From sequence record PP400780: a stretch of DNA of 64,000 nucleotides; one strand, 5' to 3'. The stretch is from Escherichia phage FL18. The notes under the pieces were generated by a model. It made no database searches. It had not been told where the DNA came from and saw only the letters and a list, made by a program, of their open reading frames with translations. Made by a program: the position numbers and the translations under genes. Below are positions 10,891-20,580 of the stretch, in pieces. The first letter of the stretch is position 1. Each line of letters opens with the position of its first letter.

Positions 10891-11712
10891 ATGAGCATAT
10901 TCCAAATTATATCTGAAGGCGTACAAGCCCCTAAGATTGCTCAGTCTATGAATGAAAGAAAATGGATTGAGATAGGATTAGAATACAGGAAAGCTAAAGA
11001 GAAAGGAATCACTGCAAAAGCATTTGCAGAATCAAAAGGAATAAAATACTCGTCGTTTACATCTGCAATGTCTAGATATGCATCATCTATTAAGACTGCA
11101 CAGAAAATTGAAACGCTTGAATCTAAACCTAAAAATAAACTCAATAAGCAAGAACGTCAACTTCTGATGATAAACTCGTTTCGCAGTTCAATACGAGAAA
11201 AGATTAGAAATGAAGGCGCAGCAGTAAACAACAAATCATCTAAGTGGTTTGTTGAAACAATTAAAAAAAGTGTAAAAGGTCATAAAGTAGTCAAGCCTAC
11301 GCCAGGCAAAATTTATACTTACGTGTATGATGCTAAACACAAAGATACTCTACCATATTGGGACAGATATCCTTTGATTATTTATTTAGGATTAGGTAAA
11401 CATAATTTGATGTATGGGTTAAACTTGCACTATATCCCACCTAAAGCACGTCAACAGTTTCTTGAAGAATTGCTGAAGCAATATGCTAGCACAACTACTA
11501 TTACTAATAACACAAAGTTGAAGATAGACTGGAGCAAGGTGAAAGGATTTCAAGGTGCTGACAAAATGATTAAAGCATACCTGCCAGGCCACATTAGAGG
11601 AACAATAACAGAAATAGCTCCTAAAGACTGGGCTAACATAATCATGTTACCTACTCAGCAGTTTATGTCAAAAGGAAAACGTTTCTCTGCGAATACTGTT
11701 TGGAAATCTTAA
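10891..11712 (+). CDS. 2: DNA end protector protein gp2
   Basis: 273 aa (T4 274); synteny. Confidence 0.6.
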   Translation: MSIFQIISEGVQAPKIAQSMNERKWIEIGLEYRKAKEKGITAKAFAESKGIKYSSFTSAMSRYASSIKTAQKIETLESKPKNKLNKQERQLLMINSFRSSIREKIRNEGAAVNNKSSKWFVETIKKSVKGHKVVKPTPGKIYTYVYDAKHKDTLPYWDRYPLIIYLGLGKHNLMYGLNLHYIPPKARQQFLEELLKQYASTTTITNNTKLKIDWSKVKGFQGADKMIKAYLPGHIRGTITEIAPKDWANIIMLPTQQFMSKGKRFSANTVWKS

Positions 11713-11814
11713 TTCTATTCTCTTCCGTTCTTCTGATATTCTGTTGAACCGGATTAATGGAAGAGACCTAAAACCATTATACTGCATTTTTATTAAAGCG
11801 TTTTTGAGGTGCTT

Positions 11815-12399
11815 ATGACTCGTCCAGCGAGACAGATTTTTAACCAAACAAATATAACAAACTTTGTTGTGGATATCCCGGATAGTACACGAACTTCAGG
11901 TTTTGTGCTCAATGCCCAAACGGCACCGTTGCCAGGTGTGAGAATTCCTGTTGTTGAAACTGTGACAGGCACAATGGGGTTAGGACGTGCAATGCGTGCA
12001 GGCACCACATTTGAATATGACCCTTTTGTTGTACGATTTATAGTTGATGAAGACATGACGTCCTGGATGAACATGTATAAATGGATGCTCAGCACTAATA
12101 ACTATATAACCGGACATAATACGGCCCACTCCGATGGTCCTGAGTTTGTTACTTTGCACATTTTAAACAACAATAAGACTGAAGTAGTTTTGACGGCAAA
12201 TTTCTATAAACCATGGATTTCTGATTTGAGTGAAATTGAATTTAGTTACACTGAAGACTCTGACCCTGCCGTTACGTGCGTAGCAACTATTCACTACGCG
12301 TATATGACGATAGAAAAGGATGGCGAAGTCATTGTGTCTCAACAACCACGTCAAGCAGTCGAATCTAAATCCATTTCTAGACACCCTTCCTTGCGTTAA
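11815..12399 (+). CDS. 3: tail completion/sheath stabilizer gp3
   Basis: ATG 11815 after GAGG; ORF track start 11809 is GTG; synteny between 2 and 1. Confidence 0.5.
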   Translation: MTRPARQIFNQTNITNFVVDIPDSTRTSGFVLNAQTAPLPGVRIPVVETVTGTMGLGRAMRAGTTFEYDPFVVRFIVDEDMTSWMNMYKWMLSTNNYITGHNTAHSDGPEFVTLHILNNNKTEVVLTANFYKPWISDLSEIEFSYTEDSDPAVTCVATIHYAYMTIEKDGEVIVSQQPRQAVESKSISRHPSLR

Positions 12400-12452
12400 T
12401 CGCTTCTAGCTCCGTATGTTATAATCACTCATAAATTATATGAGGAAAACCT

Positions 12453-13187
12453 ATGGAGCTAATCTTTTTAAGTGGCATCAAACGTAGTGGTAAAGACACT
12501 ACTGCTGATTACATCAATTCAAACTTTAAATCCGTAAAATACCAATTGGCATATCCGATTAAAGACGCTCTAGCAATAGCCTGGGGACGTAAACATGCTG
12601 AAGATCCTGATGTATTCACAGAGTTGAAATACGAATACTTTGAAGGCATTGGATATGACCGTGAAACACCATTAAATCTCAATAAGTTGGATGTTATTGA
12701 ATTATTGGAAGAAGCGCTAATTTATTTACAAAGTCAATATTTACCAATTAATAATGTTAAAGTATTATCATCATTAGAAGGTGGGTATTCATATCTAGAT
12801 ATTAAACCATATGAAGCCCTGCGTGAAGCTATAAATAATATCAACGACACATGGTCAATCCGCCGTCTTATGCAAGCCCTCGGTACGGATGTTGTCGTTA
12901 ATTTATTTGACCGTATGTATTGGGTTAAACTTTTTGCATTAAACTATATGGATTATATTGGAAGTGATTTCGATTACTATGTTGTAACCGATACACGCCA
13001 AGTCCATGAAATGGAAACCGCTAGAGCGATGGGTGCTACAGTTATTCATGTGGTTCGCTCTGGTACGGAATCCACTGATAAACATATTACAGAAGCTGGG
13101 TTGCCTATTGAAGAAGGCGATTTAGTTATTACAAACGACGGCTCTTTAGAAGAGCTTTATTCTAAAATTGAAACAATCTTAAGGTAA
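12453..13187 (+). CDS. 1: deoxynucleoside monophosphate kinase gp1
   Basis: 244 aa; N-terminal P-loop-like LSGIKRSGKDT; synteny. Confidence 0.75.
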   Translation: MELIFLSGIKRSGKDTTADYINSNFKSVKYQLAYPIKDALAIAWGRKHAEDPDVFTELKYEYFEGIGYDRETPLNLNKLDVIELLEEALIYLQSQYLPINNVKVLSSLEGGYSYLDIKPYEALREAINNINDTWSIRRLMQALGTDVVVNLFDRMYWVKLFALNYMDYIGSDFDYYVVTDTRQVHEMETARAMGATVIHVVRSGTESTDKHITEAGLPIEEGDLVITNDGSLEELYSKIETILR

Positions 13188-13191
13188 TAAA

Positions 13192-13877
<686 letters not shown>

Positions 13878-13890
13878 TTTTCACAAAACA

Positions 13891-13925
13891 GTTTACATAA
13901 GGATGATGGTGTGTTACTATCATCC
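13891..13925 (+). promoter_or_regulatory. PeSL: early promoter (GTTTACA ... TACTAT) inside inverted repeat ggatgat/atcatcc
   Basis: seen in sequence; recurring element. Confidence 0.55.
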
Positions 13926-13954
13926 TATCAAATAAACAACCTCAAGGAAATAAA

Positions 13955-14266
13955 ATGAAAACCTATCAAGAATTCATCGCGGAAGCTACTAAAGCAGATA
14001 AAAATTTTGTTATTAACACTAACGGCCCGTTAGATGATGAATACGCTAATGCTATTATTAAGTCAATTTCTAATCAAGGCGTTGAAGTATCAAATTTCGA
14101 ATATAAGAAAAATGATACTTATATGGTAATTAGTATCAAAAAAGGTTCAAAGGCTAAAATTAAATCTGCATTTGGTGTTATGCGAGTCGACCAAATCGAT
14201 AACCACGATTTTTCACAAACAGGGGTTAAACGCCAAAATACCATTTCTTCTAAAGGCATAAAATAA
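13955..14266 (+). CDS. internal protein with capsid targeting sequence (ipI position)
   Basis: N-terminus MKTYQEFIAEA; 103 aa. Confidence 0.65.
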   Translation: MKTYQEFIAEATKADKNFVINTNGPLDDEYANAIIKSISNQGVEVSNFEYKKNDTYMVISIKKGSKAKIKSAFGVMRVDQIDNHDFSQTGVKRQNTISSKGIK

Positions 14267-14300
14267 TTTACAACACGATAGGACTATGTTATAGTAGTCC
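14266..14300 (+). promoter_or_regulatory. PeSL (core ggactatgttatagtagtcc)
   Basis: -35-like ATTTACA plus stem-loop with -10-like TATAGT. Confidence 0.5.
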
Positions 14301-14327
14301 TATCAAAACAACCAAATGGAACCTAAA

Positions 14328-14591
14328 ATGAAAACTTTCAACGAATTCATCTCAGAATCATCTGGTGTGAAAATTAACAAAGCGGTCAATCAGGTTATTG
14401 CTGATATTCTTAATTTGTATAACATTGACTTAACTCCGCATATCACGCTTGGTAACAAACGAAACTTTTTCGTATTTGACACATCCGAACTTGATGAAAA
14501 TCAGTTCAATAATATTCAACGTTTTGCTAATGATAAAGGTCTTCGACACGAGCCTGGTGGCTATAAAAAATACGCAATATATTTGAAATAA
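14328..14591 (+). CDS. internal-protein-like, CTS MKTFNEFISE
   Basis: start taken at second ATG to match CTS; 87 aa. Confidence 0.55.
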   Translation: MKTFNEFISESSGVKINKAVNQVIADILNLYNIDLTPHITLGNKRNFFVFDTSELDENQFNNIQRFANDKGLRHEPGGYKKYAIYLK

Positions 14592-14593
14592 AG

Positions 14594-14630
14594 GTATACA
14601 AGCCTATAGGGATATGTTATAGTAGTCCTA
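14594..14630 (+). promoter_or_regulatory. PeSL variant
   Basis: gtataca ... gggatatgttatagtagtccta. Confidence 0.45.
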
Positions 14631-14660
14631 TCAAAACAAATGAGTAAATGGAGAAATAAA

Positions 14661-14846
14661 ATGAAACGCGCTGAACTGATTCGTAATGTTGCTGTAGTAA
14701 TTGCTTCAATGGCTTTTAGTTTTTCGATGTTTGTAGGATTCATTTGCGGACTACTGACAACAACTGAAAATTCTATCTCATTGGTAGTAGCATTTCTAAT
14801 CGGTTTAATCGCTATCGTTATGGATAAAATTGCAAAAGGCGAGTAA
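14661..14846 (+). CDS. small membrane protein
   Basis: 61 aa, hydrophobic core; SD TGGAG upstream. Confidence 0.45.
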   Translation: MKRAELIRNVAVVIASMAFSFSMFVGFICGLLTTTENSISLVVAFLIGLIAIVMDKIAKGE

Positions 14847-14847
14847 A

Positions 14848-15210
14848 ATGAAATATCACGTATATGCGGATTTTGAAGCAAATCCTTCTAAAGACCCCGA
14901 TTGTCGTTTGATACGCAGACCATTTGATTCAGCAGCTCAAGCCTGGGCCTGGATTAAAACTTGTACTCCTTCTTACACTTTCTTTGAAGTGGTAGACGAT
15001 AACGGTGTTCTGCATCCAGAACCTACAGAAACTATTAATTTCCTTCTGTTTGCTGGTTATGACTGTTATCCTCTTGGTGGTATTGACGACCTTGTTGCTA
15101 CAGGAAAAACTTTTGAAGCTCTTCGCGAAATTTATAAAAACGCGGAAGAAAATTTTGACTGGTATCATATTGTTGATGCTCATACCTTTGAAATGGTGGA
15201 ACATTCATGA
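14848..15210 (+). CDS. hypothetical protein
   Basis: 120 aa ORF, start adjusted to ATG 14848 just after upstream stop. Confidence 0.45.
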   Translation: MKYHVYADFEANPSKDPDCRLIRRPFDSAAQAWAWIKTCTPSYTFFEVVDDNGVLHPEPTETINFLLFAGYDCYPLGGIDDLVATGKTFEALREIYKNAEENFDWYHIVDAHTFEMVEHS

Positions 15211-15491
15211 TTCTTTATGCTAAAGTATCGTCCATTGAGAACGGATATGAAAGCGACCAACGTGCAGCTAAAGCACTAGTTAATGACTACGGTATTCTGA
15301 CTATCTTTGAGGTTGAAAAGGTTTATATCGACCGTTCATCTTCGCAAGTTAAATTACTCTGTGAAGACGATAAATTTAACACAGTTAACTTTGATTTCTT
15401 TATTGAAACAGAAAAAGGCCCTCTTGAATATGACATTTTCAAGAATCCTTTAGGACTTGATTGCATTCAGAACACATACACAATATGGTGA
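15207..15491 (+). CDS. hypothetical protein
   Basis: 94 aa ORF, ATGA overlap with upstream gene. Confidence 0.45.
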   Translation: MILYAKVSSIENGYESDQRAAKALVNDYGILTIFEVEKVYIDRSSSQVKLLCEDDKFNTVNFDFFIETEKGPLEYDIFKNPLGLDCIQNTYTIW

Positions 15492-15522
15492 GAAATCGTT
15501 TTGCCAACTGTTAAAATGATTG

Positions 15523-15550
15523 ATTTGCTTTAAGAATTATGTGTTATTAT
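15523..15550 (+). promoter_or_regulatory. candidate middle promoter (MotA box TGCTTTA + TATTAT) upstream of tRNAs
   Basis: tgcttta at 15526-15532, 12 nt spacer, tattat. Confidence 0.4.
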
Positions 15551-15611
15551 TAATTCATACCCTCTATTACCAAAGGTACTCTAAAGTGCCTTTCATAATA
15601 GAAAGTTATTT

Positions 15612-15685
15612 AGGCCCTGTAGCTCAATGGTTAGCAGCAGTCCCCTCATAAGGGAAAGGTTACCAGTTCGAATCTGGTCTGGGTC
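15612..15685 (+). tRNA. tRNA with anticodon CAT (Ile2/Met-type), no encoded CCA
   Basis: manual cloverleaf: anticodon loop ctCATaa, T-arm accag-ttcgaat-ctggt; acceptor stem has one mismatch and one G-U, D-stem weak. Confidence 0.5.
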
Positions 15686-15691
15686 ATATAT

Positions 15692-15768
15692 TCGAGGCAT
15701 AGCTCAATTGTATAGAGCAACGGATTTCTAATCCGTAGGTTGAAGGTTAGAATCCTTCTGCCTCGACC
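15692..15768 (+). tRNA. tRNA-Arg (anticodon TCT), CCA encoded
   Basis: manual cloverleaf with perfect 7-bp acceptor stem cgaggca/tgcctcg, D gctc/gagc, anticodon loop ttTCTaa, T-arm gaagg-ttagaat-ccttc, CCA. Confidence 0.85.
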
Positions 15769-15769
15769 A

Positions 15770-16084
15770 AATAAGAAGCCGGGTCGCTACCGGTAAGTCG
15801 TCGGACTGATGTTCCCTGAGTAAGGACTGGTCTTAATAAATCTTTACGATTTGTTAATATCCCCTTACATCACAGCAGAAACGGCGCACCGAATTATCGA
15901 TTCGAGGAAATATCTTTGCCGTAAGCCGAGTAGCGTTTTTGACGGAACGTTCGGATATGGTCGAGATATGGCCTTTTAAAAATATTGAGTAGCGTCAACT
16001 GCTTAATAACCGGGTTCGAATCCCGGCGTTTCGTACAAACACTTGCCTTAGCAGGTGGGACCCCGACAAGGTTGCCGCAAGGCT
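15770..16084 (+). ncRNA. possible small stable RNA(s) co-transcribed with tRNAs
   Basis: no ORF; contains T-arm-like ccggg-ttcgaat-cccgg at 16009-16025; ends at intrinsic terminator; T4 is reported to carry small stable RNAs in its tRNA cluster. Confidence 0.3.
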
Positions 16085-16114
16085 TAGCCCCTTCCGAAAG
16101 GTTGGGGCTTTTTT
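16085..16114 (+). terminator. intrinsic terminator (agcccc..ggggct + T7), cassette copy 1
   Basis: hairpin with GAAA loop followed by T-run. Confidence 0.6.
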
Positions 16115-16115
16115 T

Positions 16116-16123
16116 GTATAAAT
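16116..16123 (+). promoter_or_regulatory. late promoter TATAAATA immediately after terminator
   Basis: exact TATAAATA. Confidence 0.45.
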
Positions 16124-16159
16124 ATAGTAAACAATAAACCTACTTTCTAAGGACCATCA

Positions 16160-16786
16160 ATGTATACTTTTAATGAATTTTTAGCCGAAACGGAAGTAAT
16201 CACCGAAGCCGGTGTACGTATGACAAAAGAGAAATGGCAAGCTGCTTACGATGCTATTTCTGGTACAAAAACTAGTACAGAGTTTTTCAAAAACGTTCAA
16301 GCCATGTACGGTATCGACACTTCCAGCCAAAAAGAATATTACAGAGCTTCTAAAGCATTCAAAGATATTGTTAGTGGTGGCGTTTCTGCTAAATCGGGTT
16401 CGCCTAAAGTAAAACCTGCTCCTACCATTTCTAAACCTGCGACCCCTAAAGCAATAGCAAAACCTGAGCCTAAGCCGGAAGTAAAAGCAACTCCTAAAGC
16501 TCCTGCTCTTAAGTTTGATACTTCTAGCCTGGAAAAAAAATATAAACAACTATCTTCGCTTGTTCGTGATATTGAATCCGATACATCTTCACTCGTTCGT
16601 GAATTCAATAGTCTTCGTAATGGCCAACATATCAACAACCTTGATACCCCAGACCTTTATCGTCTTTATTTGACTATCGAAGGTTTGAAGTACACTCAAC
16701 CACTTCACGATGAGATTAAAGAAAAACTTCGTCAGGCAGGTCGTTTGGCTGCTGACGCTGCTCAGTATGCAAAAACTCGTAAGTAA
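16160..16786 (+). CDS. internal-protein-like with CTS-like N-terminus and Pro/Lys-rich repeat region
   Basis: N-terminus MYTFNEFLAE; repeats PKVKPAPTISKPATPKAIAKPEPKPEVKATPKAP; 208 aa. Confidence 0.55.
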   Translation: MYTFNEFLAETEVITEAGVRMTKEKWQAAYDAISGTKTSTEFFKNVQAMYGIDTSSQKEYYRASKAFKDIVSGGVSAKSGSPKVKPAPTISKPATPKAIAKPEPKPEVKATPKAPALKFDTSSLEKKYKQLSSLVRDIESDTSSLVREFNSLRNGQHINNLDTPDLYRLYLTIEGLKYTQPLHDEIKEKLRQAGRLAADAAQYAKTRK

Positions 16787-16791
16787 AGAAT

Positions 16792-16807
16792 GGGGACTTC
16801 GGTCCCC
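16792..16807 (+). terminator. UUCG-tetraloop hairpin after ORF
   Basis: ggggac-ttcg-gtcccc, no T-run. Confidence 0.35.
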
Positions 16808-16838
16808 ATTAGGGGGTCTATAACTTTCTGAAAAAGTT

Positions 16839-16880
16839 GTTTACTTCTTCCCTAGATGTGTTACTATAGACCTATAAAAA
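16839..16880 (+). promoter_or_regulatory. PeSL (GTTTAC ... TGTTACTATAGACC)
   Basis: seen in sequence. Confidence 0.5.
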
Positions 16881-16895
16881 CATGAGGAAAATATT

Positions 16896-17201
16896 ATGAG
16901 TCTTTATACTGAACTGAATAAAAAATCTGAAGAATCTGCTGAAACTATTTTTAAAAACGTGCAAAAGCGTATTTTAGAAAAGATGTATAACGCTGCAGCT
17001 AAAGGTGAAAAATCTTGCCAGTTTCCGATTAGGTGTTCTTCAGATTTATGCGCAAATACTATTGAATGGCTGGAAAGTGAAGGTCTTACGGTAAAGAAAA
17101 ACCCGGCGACTTCTATTGACGGTGAATCATATATTAGTATTTCTTGGGATAAACCACGTATGAATGAAGGATACTACAAGTTGTTAAGTTGGAAAAATTA
17201 A
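16896..17201 (+). CDS. hypothetical protein
   Basis: 101 aa ORF after PeSL with SD GAGGA. Confidence 0.5.
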   Translation: MSLYTELNKKSEESAETIFKNVQKRILEKMYNAAAKGEKSCQFPIRCSSDLCANTIEWLESEGLTVKKNPATSIDGESYISISWDKPRMNEGYYKLLSWKN

Positions 17202-17210
17202 AAATAATGA

Positions 17211-17240
17211 TGTACAAGCACCAAGGATGGTGATACTATA
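17211..17240 (+). promoter_or_regulatory. PeSL-like early promoter (TGTACA ... TACTAT)
   Basis: 17 nt spacing. Confidence 0.4.
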
Positions 17241-17269
17241 GACTTATCAACTACAGAGGAGTAAACAAA

Positions 17270-17434
17270 ATGACTACTTTAATTATTTGGTTCGATGAAA
17301 ATGAAGAAACATACTGTGTGAATATTGGTGAAAGTCCAATGCCTGAATTTGAATCCTCGGATAAAAACTCTGTTGTATCTTGGGCTGAAGGTTATAAAGC
17401 CGCTAAAGGTGACGTTGAAATAATTTACATCTAA
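17270..17434 (+). CDS. small hypothetical protein (54 aa, below ORF-track cutoff)
   Basis: ATG after SD GAGGAG; translated by eye. Confidence 0.35.
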   Translation: MTTLIIWFDENEETYCVNIGESPMPEFESSDKNSVVSWAEGYKAAKGDVEIIYI

Positions 17435-17453
17435 GTACGTTTATGTTATAGTA
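17424..17453 (+). promoter_or_regulatory. PeSL-like early promoter
   Basis: atttaca ... tatgttatagta. Confidence 0.4.
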
Positions 17454-17481
17454 ATCACATCAAATCAAGAGGAGAAACAAA

Positions 17482-17709
17482 ATGGCTACAGTTAGTATTG
17501 ATGTCGTTGATTATGAATACACTGAAGAAGTTATTCGCAACCGTCACCCTGAAGTTCGTATCGATTCAGTCCAAGATTCCAAGTTTTGGACAACTGAGCT
17601 TAATCTGAGCGGTCCTTATGAAGCTGTTAAGAAGTTCATGGTTGAAGAATACTGCGAAGGCATGCACCCCGAAGACACCAAGTTTTATGTCAATTTGATT
17701 AAAAAATAA
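17482..17709 (+). CDS. hypothetical protein
   Basis: 75 aa ORF, SD AGAGGAG. Confidence 0.5.
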   Translation: MATVSIDVVDYEYTEEVIRNRHPEVRIDSVQDSKFWTTELNLSGPYEAVKKFMVEEYCEGMHPEDTKFYVNLIKK

Positions 17710-17779
17710 TTTACAAACTCTTGAGAGCAGAGTATAATGCTCTCGTTGGATAATAAACCACCAATTGAAAGGTAATAAT

Positions 17780-18373
17780 ATGAACACACTGAAGAAACTT
17801 GTTGAATTCATCCGCACTAAACTGGGTACTGCTATGGCTAAAAATCTGACTGTCGAAGAACAGTATAACGCAGCTGCAGATAAGTTGATCACCCAAATCA
17901 AAGAACTAAAAACGGCTTCTGTTAAATCTATTAATGAAGAAAAACGTATTCGCGAACTTGTTAATGAAAAGAACAAGCAAGCCGCTTCTAAGGAACGTGA
18001 AATTCGTAAGCTCCTGGCTGAAGGACAAGATGTTACTATGCATGCTAAGCTTGGTCTTCTGTATCGTCGAACCGCCGAACAACTTAATACAAAAGCTGAC
18101 GGGTATGCCGCTATGCGAATTGAAATTGCTCGTAAGGTGGTTGAACTTGATGATGCTCGTCAGAATCTGGCAATCAAACTCGAATACATTCGTGAAACTC
18201 GAGCAGCCAATGCCCTTGGTATCTCTACGGCCGATGATGTAATTGAAATCGCTGCACTGACTAAGGTTGATATCGAAGACACTCTGACTCGTGTTGAAAC
18301 GTTCAATGGCACTCCAGCTGGTGTTGAAACCACTTCTGCTGATGTACAAGAATATATTAACTCTTTGAAATAA
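17780..18373 (+). CDS. hypothetical coiled-coil protein
   Basis: 197 aa from ATG 17780; charged/helical composition. Confidence 0.5.
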   Translation: MNTLKKLVEFIRTKLGTAMAKNLTVEEQYNAAADKLITQIKELKTASVKSINEEKRIRELVNEKNKQAASKEREIRKLLAEGQDVTMHAKLGLLYRRTAEQLNTKADGYAAMRIEIARKVVELDDARQNLAIKLEYIRETRAANALGISTADDVIEIAALTKVDIEDTLTRVETFNGTPAGVETTSADVQEYINSLK

Positions 18374-18382
18374 AATAATACG

Positions 18383-18405
18383 GAGGACTCCGGTCCTCCT
18401 TTTGG
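18383..18405 (+). terminator. intrinsic terminator (ggaggac-tccg-gtcctcc + TTTT)
   Basis: seen in sequence. Confidence 0.55.
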
Positions 18406-18422
18406 ATAATAAAGGAGTTAAC

Positions 18423-19025
18423 ATGCGAAACCAAAATAATGATATTGACTCAATGTTCGAAGAGTTCCGAGATAAGGTAAATCCACCTACGTCTTTAGTT
18501 GATTCATTACGATATGTTGCAACTGGACGTAAATGGTACTGGTCGTCTTCTTATGAGACCACCGAGAAAACGGCTAGCCATAGCAGAAAATCTTTATTAG
18601 CCCCAGGTATTATGATTCATGATATCGGAGCTATTGCTAAACTAGTTGCAGACCATGATATTAGATTCACTGATTTCGTTGCTACTACATGGTCTGTTTG
18701 TTGTTTAAACACCGAATTGGAATATATCAGTGAACGTTCAGATGATTACATAGGCTTTAGAGACAAGCTTTTAAGGTCTAACATGTTTTATATTGATACA
18801 GAAGTTCTAGTCAATAATAAAAAATACTACTTCACTTTAATCGTCGATTCTGAAACTATGTATGAAGGCAAGCCTTTGCTTAAGAGAGTTGATGCTTTAA
18901 GTGCTATTGATGCGCTTTATGAAACTATGGTTGTTAGTCCTAATTTCACTAACAATTTAATCCTTGAGCAATTTATTATGGAATGTAGAGAATATGTCAA
19001 AGCCAACCCTGTACATGCCAATTAA
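18423..19025 (+). CDS. hypothetical protein (C-terminus contains FIMECR)
   Basis: 200 aa from ATG 18423 after AAAGGAG. Confidence 0.5.
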   Translation: MRNQNNDIDSMFEEFRDKVNPPTSLVDSLRYVATGRKWYWSSSYETTEKTASHSRKSLLAPGIMIHDIGAIAKLVADHDIRFTDFVATTWSVCCLNTELEYISERSDDYIGFRDKLLRSNMFYIDTEVLVNNKKYYFTLIVDSETMYEGKPLLKRVDALSAIDALYETMVVSPNFTNNLILEQFIMECREYVKANPVHAN

Positions 19026-19389
19026 GCCCTGGGCATACGAATACAAACGTAAATTAATCCCAAATGAAGTACTATTTGGCCCTATTTTAGCTTTAGCATT
19101 TTTAATCTTTATGATTATAGGAGCCGTTTTAGATTCTAGTGAAGTTATATCTTCTGATGCGGTGTTTTTACTTATTATACCTGGGTCGTTTATTGTGCCA
19201 TTTTTATTAATGCCTATTAACTGGGTGGGATATTGGTATCAAGGCCGTCATCACAGAGCTCGAGTTCGTGAGTGGAAAGTTCAGTGCGCAAAAGCCCAAG
19301 CTCAGTATGATGAAGCTGTTAAAAAGTATGAATATGAAGAAGCTATGGAATTCGTTAAGGAAATAAGATGCAAAAGCCTCAACTCTTAA
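19015..19389 (+). CDS. membrane protein
   Basis: hydrophobic segments; start uncertain (18994 or 19015). Confidence 0.4.
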   Translation: MPIKPWAYEYKRKLIPNEVLFGPILALAFLIFMIIGAVLDSSEVISSDAVFLLIIPGSFIVPFLLMPINWVGYWYQGRHHRARVREWKVQCAKAQAQYDEAVKKYEYEEAMEFVKEIRCKSLNS

Positions 19390-19727
19390 CCATATGGCCT
19401 TCTCTTGGTGAGAACATTCTAATTTTTATTATGAGTATTGGCATGGGATTTGCCTTTGGATTAGTTGGATTTCTTATTGACGGCGTTGTGTTAGGATTTA
19501 TAGGGAACACTGGTGGATTCACAGACCAATGGCAGGACTTACGGTATACCAAAGCCTTTGCATCCATCGCATCATTTTGTACTGTAGTCTATTTTTACTA
19601 CGATTTTATAAACCATAACAAGAAAAATAAAAAGGTTTACGCTTCTCAAATGATTAGTTATAATGAACTCCTAGCTAGACGTGAAAATGAAACAATCGAA
19701 AACTTTATTAAGGAATGTAGAAAATGA
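19368..19727 (+). CDS. membrane protein ending NFIKECRK
   Basis: 119 aa; SD AAGGA 7 nt upstream. Confidence 0.5.
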   Translation: MQKPQLLTIWPSLGENILIFIMSIGMGFAFGLVGFLIDGVVLGFIGNTGGFTDQWQDLRYTKAFASIASFCTVVYFYYDFINHNKKNKKVYASQMISYNELLARRENETIENFIKECRK

Positions 19728-20029
19728 GTAAGATTATTGAAATTAAAGTACCAGAGTTTAATGATGCCAAATCCGCTTCAGATGCAATTTATAAACTTCT
19801 GAATCAAGCTGAACGTATCGAAGAAGAAGCAACAAAGATCGCAGACCAATATGCCGTATCATTTTCTGTAGGTGATTATGGTAGCGGTCGTACTTATTAT
19901 CCTAAGGGTGAAATCGTATCCCAGTGGATGAAAAATGAAATTGAAAATAACGGTGGCTATGTTAAGCGTGAAGGTAATGGTTACGTTATTACTGAAGGTG
20001 CTTGGGTTTCGTCTTCTGCGTTGTGCTAA
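19724..20029 (+). CDS. small protein, WVSSSxxC-terminus family member 1
   Basis: 101 aa; ends GAWVSSSALC. Confidence 0.5.
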   Translation: MSKIIEIKVPEFNDAKSASDAIYKLLNQAERIEEEATKIADQYAVSFSVGDYGSGRTYYPKGEIVSQWMKNEIENNGGYVKREGNGYVITEGAWVSSSALC

Positions 20030-20038
20030 GGAATCATT

Positions 20039-20311
20039 ATGTCTAAAGAACAAACCGAACTGGCTGAAGCTGTAGCAAAAATCTATGCAGCTATTGAGGC
20101 TGCCAAAGAAATTGCTGATAAACAAAACACAACATTCGATTTGTACCCAGCTTATGGTATGGGTGGAACCTATCATTCACCAGGACATCTTAAAGCCGAT
20201 CTTGAACGTTGTACAAAAAACGGCTATGCTGAATGGGCTGACGTTTACCAATACGACTACAACCTGAGCCTCGAAACTGGTGGTTGGGTCGCATCTTCTC
20301 ACACTTGCTAA
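20039..20311 (+). CDS. small protein, WVSSSxxC-terminus family member 2
   Basis: 90 aa; ends GGWVASSHTC. Confidence 0.5.
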   Translation: MSKEQTELAEAVAKIYAAIEAAKEIADKQNTTFDLYPAYGMGGTYHSPGHLKADLERCTKNGYAEWADVYQYDYNLSLETGGWVASSHTC

Positions 20312-20320
20312 GGAAACAAT

Positions 20321-20518
20321 ATGTCTCGTGAATTAGATTGTGCTGTACGTACGGCAGTAGCTGCCCTGGAAAACCTGTTCCAAATTGCAACAGAAGAACG
20401 CGAAGAAGTTACATTATGGATTGAAGATAACGCAGGTCTGAATCTCCAGAACGCAATCTCATTATCAAATAATAGTATTACTGTTCAAGGCTGGGTATCA
20501 TCTAGTTATTCTTGCTAA
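20321..20518 (+). CDS. small protein, WVSSSxxC-terminus family member 3
   Basis: 65 aa; ends QGWVSSSYSC. Confidence 0.5.
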   Translation: MSRELDCAVRTAVAALENLFQIATEEREEVTLWIEDNAGLNLQNAISLSNNSITVQGWVSSSYSC

Positions 20519-20522
20519 AACA

Positions 20523-20560
20523 GTTTACAACAAGATAGGGCTATGTTATAGTAGTCCTAT
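20523..20560 (+). promoter_or_regulatory. PeSL
   Basis: GTTTACA + stem-loop tagggctatgttatagtagtcctat. Confidence 0.55.
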
Positions 20561-20580
20561 CAAATTAAATGGAGTCCACA

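Noticed and set aside
15942-16033. Possible third (type II, long-arm) tRNA using the T-arm-like ccggg-ttcgaat-cccgg
   Set aside because: An acceptor stem can be drawn (cggaacg / cgtttcg) but no consistent D-arm or anticodon stem-loop folds; treated as part of a small-RNA region instead
16181-16638. Antisense ORFs (122 and 99 aa) inside the Pro/Lys-rich gene
   Set aside because: They are reverse-strand reading frames through low-complexity repeats (Arg/Phe-rich translation) with no SD; artefacts of composition
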